64,000 bases of DNA, from contig JBBAEN010000002.1 in NCBI GenBank assembly GCA_041655955.1, positions 498,355 to 562,354 on the forward strand. Reading direction: 5' to 3'. The translations under genes and the position numbers were made by a program. This document shows, in pieces, positions 1 through 7,885 of the stretch (its first letter is position 1; every line of letters begins with the position of its first letter). Origin of the DNA: Micavibrio sp. (GTDB lineage Bacteria > Pseudomonadota > Alphaproteobacteria > Micavibrionales > Micavibrionaceae). Under the pieces are notes generated by a model that made no database searches, had not been told where the DNA came from, and saw only the letters and a list, made by a program, of their open reading frames with translations.

Positions 1-678
1 GGCTCCGGCAAGGCCGGAAAACATCAATCCCCACCCGCCCTCATAGGCCGCCAGCTCGTCCCAGTTGACGAGGATGTCATAGATAACGGCGCAGAACATG
101 ACCGGCATGGCGAGGAAGAAGGAAAATTCCGTTGCCGCCTTGCGGGAAAGGCCCAGCCCCAGCGACCCCATAATGGTCGCCCCCGACCTTGAAATGCCGG
201 GAATGAGGGCGATCGACTGGCACAGGCCGATGAGAAGCGCCTGTTTTATGGAGATGTCGTCCACCGTTTCGGTTTTCGGGTTCGTGAATTTCTTTTCAAA
301 CAGCAAGATGAAAATCCCGCCGATGATGAGCGTCGCCGCAATGATGAGCGGGTTATAGAGCGTCCCCTTGATAAAACCGTGGAGCAGCGCGCCGAAGAAC
401 AGGGCGGGGATTGTCCCGATTGCGATATTGGCGGCAAACCGGCGGGAAGTGCTGTCTTTATGCAAGGTGCAAACTGTATGGATGATTTTCGCGCGGTAAA
501 GCACCATTACGGCGGCAATCGCGCCAATCTGGATAAAAACCTCGAACACCCTGCCGGGCGGCGCATCGAATCCAATCCCCTCGATCAGGAGTACAAGATG
601 CCCCGTCGATGAAACGGGAATGAATTCCGTCAGGCCTTCGACAAAGCCGAGGAAAAAAGCTGTGAGATAATCAATCAT
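1..678 (-). CDS. uppP: Undecaprenyl-diphosphate phosphatase (UppP/BacA); 3' end lies beyond the window edge
   Basis: Not in the ORF track because it is open at the window edge. My minus-strand translation from the ATG at 678 reads MIDYLTAFFLGFVEGLTEFIPVSSTGHLVLLIEG... and later ...QSIALIPGISRSGATIMGSLGLGLSRKAATEFSFFLAMP. These are the two UppP signature blocks. ATGA start/stop overlap with the upstream permease gene. Confidence 0.85.
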   Translation of the reverse strand, partial: MIDYLTAFFLGFVEGLTEFIPVSSTGHLVLLIEGIGFDAPPGRVFEVFIQIGAIAAVMVLYRAKIIHTVCTLHKDSTSRRFAANIAIGTIPALFFGALLHGFIKGTLYNPLIIAATLIIGGIFILLFEKKFTNPKTETVDDISIKQALLIGLCQSIALIPGISRSGATIMGSLGLGLSRKAATEFSFFLAMPVMFCAVIYDILVNWDELAAYEGGWGLMFSGLAGA

Positions 679-2081
679 TTGGCCAGTTTGCTATGCCTGA
701 TTCCATAGCCGAAGTAAATGACCAATCCCGCCGCCAGCCAGAGCAGGAAGCGCAGATGGGTTTCAAGCGGCAGGAAGGCGATCAGCGCGCCGCAGGACAG
801 GACGCCGCAAACCGGGAGCAGGATGCCGAACGGCGCCTGGAACGGGCGCGGCATGGCGGGATAGCGTTTGCGCATGAAAATGACGCCGCCGCAGACCATG
901 ACAAAGGCGGCCAGCGTGCCGATATTGACCAATTCCGCCAAGGCTCCAAGCGGCATGAACCCTGCCATCACCGCCATGGCGGCGCCGCACAGAACCGTGG
1001 TGCGCACCGGCGTTTGGGTTTTGCCGTTCACCTTGGAGAAAAATTCCGGGATAAGGCCGTCGCGGGAAATCGCGAAAATAATCCGCGTCAGCCCGTAATA
1101 AAGGACGAGCATGACGGTGGTAAGCCCCGTTATAACGCCGGTCGCCACGAGGGCCGAGGCCCAGTTGATGCCGATGGCTTGCAGCGCATAGGCGACGGGG
1201 GATGATACGTTCAGCTCCGGATAAGGCAGGATGCCCGTCAGCAGGCCCGACACGATGACATAGATAAGGGTGCAGAAAATAAGCGAGGAGATAATCCCGA
1301 TGGGAATGTCGCGTTTGGGATTTTTGGCTTCCTCGACCGCCGTGGAAACGGCGTCGAAGCCGACATAGGCGAAAAAGACGAGCGACGCGCCGGCCAAGAC
1401 GCCGATGGGCTTGCCCAGCTCGTCATGGGAAAACCAGCCGAACGGCATGAAAGGCGACCAGTTTTCAGGGTTCACATGGAACAGCGCCGCGGCGATGAAG
1501 ACGAAGATGGTCAAAAGCTTGATGAAAACCATCGCGGCGTTGAGCTTGGCGCTCTCGCTCACCCCGCGGATGAGGAGCAGCATCAGGATGAGAATGATCA
1601 GGACGGCGGGAAGATTGACGATGCCCGGCTCCGCCGCGAACGGGCCGGCGGTCAGGGAAGGCGGCAGGCCAAAACCAACGGCGGTCAGGGCATTGTTGAA
1701 ATAACCCGACCAGCCATTCGCGACGGCGGCGACGGCGACGCCATATTCAAGGATAAGATCCCAGCCGATAATCCATGCGAGGAATTCCCCGAAAGCCGCA
1801 TAGGAATAGCCATAGGCGGAACCGCACCCCCCGACGCTGGAGGCCAGCTCAGAATAGGCGAGGGCCGCGAACGTGCAGGCCGTGCCGGCGACGATGAAGG
1901 AGAGGACGACCGCCGGCCCCGCCTGTGTCGCGGCGGCCACGCCCGTAAGGACGAAGATTCCCGTCCCGATGATGGCGCCGATGCCGAGAAGGAATAAATC
2001 GAACGCCGACAGGCACCGTTTCAGGCCCGTGTCGCCGCCATCCGCATTGGCGATTTTCCGTCTGAACAGGCTGGCAAGCAT
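675..2081 (-). CDS. Amino acid permease, APC superfamily (cationic amino-acid transporter-like)
   Basis: 468-aa ORF with about 12 hydrophobic segments. N-terminal block LKRCLSAFDLFLLGIGAIIGTGIFVLTG...AGPAVVLSFIVAG is typical of APC/CAT permeases. Confidence 0.85.
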   Translation of the reverse strand: MLASLFRRKIANADGGDTGLKRCLSAFDLFLLGIGAIIGTGIFVLTGVAAATQAGPAVVLSFIVAGTACTFAALAYSELASSVGGCGSAYGYSYAAFGEFLAWIIGWDLILEYGVAVAAVANGWSGYFNNALTAVGFGLPPSLTAGPFAAEPGIVNLPAVLIILILMLLLIRGVSESAKLNAAMVFIKLLTIFVFIAAALFHVNPENWSPFMPFGWFSHDELGKPIGVLAGASLVFFAYVGFDAVSTAVEEAKNPKRDIPIGIISSLIFCTLIYVIVSGLLTGILPYPELNVSSPVAYALQAIGINWASALVATGVITGLTTVMLVLYYGLTRIIFAISRDGLIPEFFSKVNGKTQTPVRTTVLCGAAMAVMAGFMPLGALAELVNIGTLAAFVMVCGGVIFMRKRYPAMPRPFQAPFGILLPVCGVLSCGALIAFLPLETHLRFLLWLAAGLVIYFGYGIRHSKLAK

Positions 2082-2150
2082 GAGATACCCCTTTTGATAT
2101 GTTCCCCTTTTCTCCGGCAGGTGCGGCTGGCAGGGGCCTGAAGAAAAAGT

Positions 2151-2891
2151 CTATTTTGCTTTTGTGATCTTCTCAAGCCTGATAACGACCCGGCGGTTCT
2201 GGGCCTGGTTATCCGGTAAGGGGTTCCCGTCCGCGTCGCGGTTGGGCAGTTTGGGGGAAACTTCGCCGAAACCGACGGCGCGCAGCCTTTCGGCAGGAAG
2301 GCCGAGATCGATGAGCATGCGCACGACGCTGGCGGCGCGCGCGGTGGATAACTCCCAGTTCGAGGGGAATTGGGGCGTATTGATGGGGGAATCGTCCGTA
2401 TAGCCTTCGACGGAGATGGTGTAATCCTCATATTCCTTCGCCATCAGGGCCGGGGCGATTTCGGCGAGGATTTTTGCGCCGTCCTCGCTAAGGCTGGCCG
2501 CGCCCACGGGGAAGAACGGGGCGCTGTTCATCTCTATGGTTGTGATGCGGTCGCTCTTGTCGGTTTCAATCTCCGGCGGCGGCGCGTTATCGTCATAGCG
2601 GTCGATGATCGAAGGCAGGGCCTTGAAAAGCACGTCGGAGGATGGCGGCGTATCAAGCTCTGCCGGGGGCAGGGGATGCATCCCTTTTAAGAAATCCTGC
2701 GGGCCGCTTTTGAATTGTTCGGTGACTTTTTCCCGCGCCGCTTCGAATTTTTCCTGATCGGGGATGGCGATGGCGATGAAAACGGCGAAAAAGCAAAGCA
2801 GGAGCGTAATCATGTCCGCATAGGTCATCAGCCAGTCATCGACCTGCCGCTCCGTATCGATCCTTTGTTTGCGCTTACTCCAATAATTCAC
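2151..2891 (-). CDS. motB: MotB-type stator subunit (OmpA/MotB peptidoglycan-binding C-terminus)
   Basis: 246 aa. Single N-terminal TM with the conserved Asp context (WLMTYADMITLLLCFF). C-terminal block GYTDDSPINT..FPSNWELSTARAASVVRML...NRRVVI. 4-nt overlap with motA. Confidence 0.75.
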   Translation of the reverse strand: MNYWSKRKQRIDTERQVDDWLMTYADMITLLLCFFAVFIAIAIPDQEKFEAAREKVTEQFKSGPQDFLKGMHPLPPAELDTPPSSDVLFKALPSIIDRYDDNAPPPEIETDKSDRITTIEMNSAPFFPVGAASLSEDGAKILAEIAPALMAKEYEDYTISVEGYTDDSPINTPQFPSNWELSTARAASVVRMLIDLGLPAERLRAVGFGEVSPKLPNRDADGNPLPDNQAQNRRVVIRLEKITKAK

Positions 2892-3703
2892 AGCGTGATC
2901 TCTTTATAGGCAAGCCCGTCAATATCGTAATGGCTTTCAAAACGCAGGAAGGAGTTGAGCCTGTCCTGAATATAGCGCGGCGATTTGTTGGCGACGAGAA
3001 GGGCCAGCCCTTCGGTGATAAGCTGGTTGCGGAAGCGCAGTTCCTCTTCCTTTTGCAACAGCTTGGCGGCGGCGGGCATATAGATCATCCGCGCCGTGAC
3101 GACGCCGTATAATGTGGCGAGCAGGGAAATGGCAAGGCCCGCGCCGATGCCGGACATATCCCCCCCCAGATCGGCAAGCATGATGACCATCCCGACGAGC
3201 GTTCCGACCATGCCGAAGGCGGGGGCGTGGCTCGCCATGGCGGTCAGGACGCGCACGGGGACGGTGGAGCGCTCGAACGCCGCGTCGGCGGCGGTTTCCA
3301 TCATGGTGCGGACTTCTTCGGGGGAATAGTTGGAAACGACCATGTCGATCCCGTATTTGACGAACGGATCGGCGATGCCTTTCCTGCCGGTTTCGTTTTC
3401 GAGGCCCATCAGGCCGCGTTCCTTGACGATCCGCGCCCAGGCGATAATTTCGATAAGATCTTTTTGCAGGTTGTTATGGGTCGTTTCGGCGCGGCGGAAC
3501 ATCAGGCCGATGGAGCGCAGGGCCTCGACCACATAATTGGCCTCGAAACTCATAAAAGCGACCGCCAGCGTGCCGCCAATGACGATCATCAGCCCTTCGA
3601 GGCTGAAAAACCCGCCAATATCCCGCGTGCCGATGATAATGGCGGCGAGGATAAAGAAAAACCCGACGGCGGCTCCGGCGATGGATGTCCTGGAATATTG
3701 CAT
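2888..3703 (-). CDS. motA: MotA/PomA-type proton-channel stator subunit (MotA/TolQ/ExbB family)
   Basis: 271 aa with four TM segments. C-terminal channel block GMVGTLVGMVIML...GAGLAISLLATLYGVVTARMIYMPAAAKL. Confidence 0.75.
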   Translation of the reverse strand: MQYSRTSIAGAAVGFFFILAAIIIGTRDIGGFFSLEGLMIVIGGTLAVAFMSFEANYVVEALRSIGLMFRRAETTHNNLQKDLIEIIAWARIVKERGLMGLENETGRKGIADPFVKYGIDMVVSNYSPEEVRTMMETAADAAFERSTVPVRVLTAMASHAPAFGMVGTLVGMVIMLADLGGDMSGIGAGLAISLLATLYGVVTARMIYMPAAAKLLQKEEELRFRNQLITEGLALLVANKSPRYIQDRLNSFLRFESHYDIDGLAYKEITL

Positions 3704-3913
3704 AATATACCTTGGTGAAGCGTGTAAGAGGCTGTTTTCCCTTTCGGGGGAGGTCTTGCAAAGACCATACCATTGCTTTCATGCCGATATAAAGACGCAA
3801 ATCCGGATTTCTTGCCCGCAGGGCCTGAAAACGGATTTTTAAGAAGAAGGGGCGGGCCGTTATCAAGAGGATGCGGCTTGGCGGCGGCGAAGGGTTTCCT
3901 TATAGTGGCGCGC

Positions 3914-4864
3914 ATGAGTGAAGACGAGTCGGACAGGGAAGAAGAAAAGGCGCGCAAGGTCGAACCTTTCTACGGGGCTTTCGCCTTTATATGGGCGCTG
4001 GCGACGGTGGCCGCGCTTATCTGTATCAAGGGCTATGCCTATTGGCTGACCGGTTCTGCCGCGATTCTGGCGACTCTGACCGATTCCTTTACCGACGCCG
4101 CCCTGTCTTTTGTCATGCTGCTCGCTTTCCGCTATTCGCTGCGCCCCGCCGACAATTCCCACCGCCACGGCCACGGGAAAATGGAAGGGATCGGCGCTCT
4201 CTTTCAGGCCGCCTGTCTGAGCGCGGCGGGGCTTTTCCTGCTCTTTGAAGGGCTTCAGCGCTTCGCCGTCCCGATGGAGGTGAGCCACCATATAGCGGGC
4301 GTCTGGGTTGCGGGCATCGCCATGGCGCTTTCCGTCATTCTCGTCGCCGTCCAGCGCTATTGCCTCTCCCGCGCCCCTTCGCTCGCGGTGGAATCGGATC
4401 AGGCGCATTATACGACCGACATCGCCCTGAACGGCAGCGTGATGGCGGCCCTGCTGGCCGGTTATTACGGCGGGCCGGACTGGATCGATCCGCTTTGCGC
4501 CATTGCGGTCGCCGTTTATTACGGTATCGCCGCGCGGAAAATCGCCCTGAAAGCCACGGATATGCTGATGGACAGGGAGCTTCCCGCCGCCGTGCGTGAA
4601 CGGATTAAAGGGATTATCCAGCGCCATCCCGATATTCTCGGCTTCCATGATTTACGCACCCGTAAAAGCGGCATGGTCATTCATATTTCCTTTGACGTCG
4701 AAATCGATCCGGAATTCACCCTGAAACAGGCCCATGACATTACAAGGGCGCTGGAACACGATATCATCGCCGATTACCCCTATGCGGAGATCATCATCCA
4801 TAAAGACCCTTACGGCGACCCGCACGATACGCGCCATAACGCGCCGGGGATTATAGCGTCATGA
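3914..4864 (+). CDS. Cation diffusion facilitator (CDF) family metal transporter
   Basis: The track ORF 3773..4864 is probably too long. I start at internal ATG 3914 (MSEDESDREEE...). Six TM segments, HRHGHGKMEG loop, C-terminal cytoplasmic domain (FHDLRTRKSGMVIHISFDVEI). Confidence 0.8.
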   Translation: MSEDESDREEEKARKVEPFYGAFAFIWALATVAALICIKGYAYWLTGSAAILATLTDSFTDAALSFVMLLAFRYSLRPADNSHRHGHGKMEGIGALFQAACLSAAGLFLLFEGLQRFAVPMEVSHHIAGVWVAGIAMALSVILVAVQRYCLSRAPSLAVESDQAHYTTDIALNGSVMAALLAGYYGGPDWIDPLCAIAVAVYYGIAARKIALKATDMLMDRELPAAVRERIKGIIQRHPDILGFHDLRTRKSGMVIHISFDVEIDPEFTLKQAHDITRALEHDIIADYPYAEIIIHKDPYGDPHDTRHNAPGIIAS

Positions 4865-5826
4865 CCAAAACCGTGATTGTTGCCGATATTGGCGGGACGC
4901 ATACGAGGCTTGGCCTGTGGGAAGACGGCGCGCTCCGCGCCCCCGAAAAATTAAAGACGGCTTCCTGCGAGCATTTATCCGAGCTTGTAACGGCTTATCG
5001 CGACCGGCACGGGCTTCCTTTGGAAACCCCTTTCGCCTTTGCGACGGCGGCAAACCCCTTTGCCGACGGGACATGGCGTTTTACCAATCTCGAAGGGCGG
5101 AGCTTTACCCTGTCCGATTTCGGGAAGTGCGGCCTGAAGGTGCTTGTGGCCGAAGATGATTTTGCGGCGACGGCCTATGGCTGTATCGCCAAAAAAGACA
5201 GGGAAGGCGTTATCGCGCTTCGCGCCGGAAACCCTGTTGCCGATGCGCCGAAAATCGTTCTGGGGCCGGGAACGGGGCTTGGCATGGGCTATGGCTTTAC
5301 CCGCTTTGGGAAAATCATGGTGCAGAAAACCTATGGCGGCCACATGCTCTTTACGCCCGTGACGGAACGGCATGGCGAGGTCGCGCGCGCCATTGCCTCG
5401 CTGCGCGCGCTGGAACGCCCCGTTATTTTTGAAGATATCGCATGCGGCTCCGCCTTCCCGTGGCTTTTCCGCGCCTGTGCCGCCATTGGCGGCCATGCGG
5501 ACGCGGCCATGGAGGCGGACGATATTTTCGGCGCGCCTTCCCATCCGGCCTTTATCATGGCGCTTGATGTTTTTCACGAAGCGCTGGGGCTGTTCGCCCA
5601 TACATGCGCGATAACGCTGCATGGTTTCGGCGGCATTGTCATGAATGGCGGCTTTCTCGACGCGCTGATCGAACGTGAGCTCTGGAGCGCGGACAAATTC
5701 CTTGCGGGGTTTGGGCAAAAAGGCGTTCCGGTCGTGGCCGAAAGCCTTGCCGTGATGCCGGTTTCCATCGTTCAGGACACCTATATCTCCTTGCTGGGGC
5801 TGGGGGCCATGCTTGATGGCGCGTAA
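4861..5826 (+). CDS. glk: Glucokinase
   Basis: 321 aa. N-terminal ATP-binding block IVADIGGTHTRLGLW. ATGA overlap with the preceding gene. Confidence 0.8.
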   Translation: MTKTVIVADIGGTHTRLGLWEDGALRAPEKLKTASCEHLSELVTAYRDRHGLPLETPFAFATAANPFADGTWRFTNLEGRSFTLSDFGKCGLKVLVAEDDFAATAYGCIAKKDREGVIALRAGNPVADAPKIVLGPGTGLGMGYGFTRFGKIMVQKTYGGHMLFTPVTERHGEVARAIASLRALERPVIFEDIACGSAFPWLFRACAAIGGHADAAMEADDIFGAPSHPAFIMALDVFHEALGLFAHTCAITLHGFGGIVMNGGFLDALIERELWSADKFLAGFGQKGVPVVAESLAVMPVSIVQDTYISLLGLGAMLDGA

Positions 5827-6607
5827 AGCCTATCTGACGATCGACGATTCGCCCTCGGACAGGATGGACGATCTCGCCGCCCGTCTTTTTCAAAAATCCA
5901 TTCCGGCGATTTTTTATTGCCGCGGCGATATGCTGGAGCGCAACCTCGGCAGCGCGGCGCGGGCGGCGGCAAAAGGCTTTGTCCTTGCCAACCACACCTA
6001 TTCCCACCGCCGCAGCAGCGAAGAAGACACTGACTGGATCATCGCGGATATAGAGCGCTGCGAACGCCTCATCGAACGGGCCTATCAAAGCGCCGGCGTC
6101 CGGCAGGGCGGGAAATATTTCCGCTTTCCGCATATGGACAGGGGAACGGGGGGCTGGATTGTCGATTACGATTCCTACCCGCCGGAAGAGCGCGCGGCCT
6201 TGCTGGAGATTTTCGCGGGCGGGCTGAATATCGCATCGCTTGAAAAACCCGCCGCCGCCGCGCTTGAAAAAAAAGAAAAGCTTCAGGCCTATTTGAAGGC
6301 AGAGGGCTATAGCCAGCCCTTCCGCAATGTCACGGCGCCATGGTACGGGCGCGGCGAAATCGCGCAGGCGCGGGATTCCTTTTATACTTTCTCCAATTGC
6401 GACTGGATGGTGACGGAGCGCCACCGCGGCAAATGGCCTTATAAAACGGCGGAGGATTTGAAGAACAGGGCGCGTTCCGACGCTTCCTTGTCCGCCGGGG
6501 ACGGCGTCAACGTCATTCTGGCCCATGATCAGGCGGAAATTGTTGACATAACGATGGAATTGATAGAAGACTTGGCCGAAAATGGCATGGAGTTTTTAAC
6601 GGTATAA
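5813..6607 (+). CDS. Polysaccharide deacetylase family protein
   Basis: 264 aa. Motifs YLTIDDSP (TFDD-like) and LANHTYSH (metal-binding His pair) of NodB-type deacetylases. Confidence 0.7.
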   Translation: MMARKAYLTIDDSPSDRMDDLAARLFQKSIPAIFYCRGDMLERNLGSAARAAAKGFVLANHTYSHRRSSEEDTDWIIADIERCERLIERAYQSAGVRQGGKYFRFPHMDRGTGGWIVDYDSYPPEERAALLEIFAGGLNIASLEKPAAAALEKKEKLQAYLKAEGYSQPFRNVTAPWYGRGEIAQARDSFYTFSNCDWMVTERHRGKWPYKTAEDLKNRARSDASLSAGDGVNVILAHDQAEIVDITMELIEDLAENGMEFLTV

Positions 6608-6645
6608 ATTCCGGTCAATAACACAGACTATCAAGAGGGTATGGA

Positions 6646-7458
6646 ATGAAGGATTTCCTTTTATATGTGATTGCCGATTACGGCGATTTGCACGATCTGG
6701 CTTTTGCGGAAGTAACGCAAAGGCTTCAATATGAATTGCGTGATTTGAATGTCGAAACGCGCGCCTATGCGGTTCCGGCCTTTGATACGGTCGCAACGGG
6801 CTTTGCGCTGGCGCAAACGGCGATCAATTCAAAGCTCGGCACGGGCCATAAATTCTACGTGAACACCGCGCCCCGCAAGGATGACCTCGCGCCCCGCGTC
6901 GCGAATGCCGGTGAAGGGCTTGCCTATGTAAAGCTTTATAACGGTGTCGAGATCGTCGCCGTGAATTCCGGCTATTCGCTGTCCTTCGTAAAGGATGCGG
7001 CGGTCGAGATGCGCGAAATCCATTGTGACAGGCACGGCTCGCAATTCCGCTCCCGCGATATCTTCCCGCCGGCCTTCGGCCTGATTGCCCATGGCGATTA
7101 TTCGCGGCTGGGCGACGATATCCGCGCCGCCGTTCCCGATTATCCGAAAAATGCCGTTTGCTATACGGACGGGTACGGCAACATGAAATGTTCGGTCGCT
7201 CCGGCTGATCTTGACGCCATCAGCGGCAGGCATGTGACGCTGGACGTCAATGGCCGCGCCATGGCGGCGCGCGTCGCCGAAGGAATCTTCGGCGTGGCGG
7301 ACGGCGAGTTCTGCCTGTCCAAAGGCTCGTCCGGCTGGACGCTGGAAGACGGGACGAAGGTCGAATTTTCCGAGATCGTCATGCGCGGCGGCAATGCCGC
7401 CAAGGCCTTCGGCAAACCGCCGGGCGGCATCGAAATCAACTGGCGCAAGATTGACTGA
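6646..7458 (+). CDS. SAM hydrolase / SAM-dependent halogenase family (DUF62)-like protein
   Basis: 270 aa. N-terminal VIADYGDLHDLAFAEV resembles the DUF62 TDFG..D.YV block. SQFRSRDIFPPAFG resembles FHGRDIFAPVAA. CYTDGYGNMKCSV resembles the C-terminal IDrFGN block. Assigned by motif resemblance only. Confidence 0.55.
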   Translation: MKDFLLYVIADYGDLHDLAFAEVTQRLQYELRDLNVETRAYAVPAFDTVATGFALAQTAINSKLGTGHKFYVNTAPRKDDLAPRVANAGEGLAYVKLYNGVEIVAVNSGYSLSFVKDAAVEMREIHCDRHGSQFRSRDIFPPAFGLIAHGDYSRLGDDIRAAVPDYPKNAVCYTDGYGNMKCSVAPADLDAISGRHVTLDVNGRAMAARVAEGIFGVADGEFCLSKGSSGWTLEDGTKVEFSEIVMRGGNAAKAFGKPPGGIEINWRKID

Positions 7459-7492
7459 CCGGCATGATGCAATCATAACAGGAATGAACAGG

Positions 7493-7521
7493 CCCGATCA
7501 TCCGCGATCGGGTCTTTCCTT
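7493..7521 (+). terminator. Rho-independent terminator after the DUF62-like gene
   Basis: cccgatc-atccgc-gatcggg hairpin followed by tctttcctt. Confidence 0.4.
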
Positions 7522-7593
7522 ATGGGCTATACGGCGCCATCGCAGGCGCATAAGCCGCGCCCGTTCTGGGAGATAGGGTGGTTTTAGGAAAAA

Positions 7594-7668
7594 TGGTGCC
7601 GTTGAGAGGAATTGAACCTCCGACCCACGCATTACGAATGCGTTGCTCTACCCCTGAGCTACAACGGC
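7594..7668 (-). tRNA. tRNA-Thr (anticodon CGU), CCA encoded
   Basis: Reverse complement folds as a cloverleaf: acceptor GCCGTTG/CAACGGC, D arm GCTC-AGGGGTA-GAGC, anticodon arm ACGCA-TTCGTAA-TGCGT (CGT at 34-36), T arm GGAGG-TTCAATT-CCTCT, then A-CCA. Confidence 0.9.
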
Positions 7669-7810
7669 GCTTTAAAAGAGGCTGGATGCCTTGAACGCGC
7701 TATTCAGTTACCTGTTTTCAAAACGGATTGCAACACCTGAAAACAGCCTTGAGGCTACGAGTTAATTATACATAACGATGGTGTGGCGGGGGATAAGCAG
7801 GATCGGGAAA

Positions 7811-7846
7811 GAGAAAACGCCGCTCTAAAGCGGCGCCTCTTTTTGA
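7811..7846. terminator. Bidirectional intrinsic terminator downstream of the fibre-like gene
   Basis: 7-bp stem CGCCGCT-ctaa-AGCGGCG flanked by an A-run (gagaaaa) and a T-run (cctcttttt). On the minus strand it follows the stop at 7886. Confidence 0.55.
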
Positions 7847-7885
7847 TAGGGCCGGGCAGGATGCCCCAGTCTGGCCGGAAGAATC

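Noticed and set aside
2151-3703. MotAB pair as a Zorya-type (ZorAB) anti-phage module.
   Set aside because: The MotA homologue is of ordinary size (271 aa) and lacks the long C-terminal tail of ZorA. No zorC/D/E-like genes (large helicase/nuclease proteins) are adjacent.
3773-3913. N-terminal extensions offered by the ORF track for several genes (3773, 18820, 19128, 26378, 31315, 39632, 44382, 46388, 46794, 60522, 61958).
   Set aside because: In each case an internal start matches the conserved family N-terminus and/or has a good SD. The extension either overlaps an upstream gene or terminator hairpin, or has non-coding-like composition.
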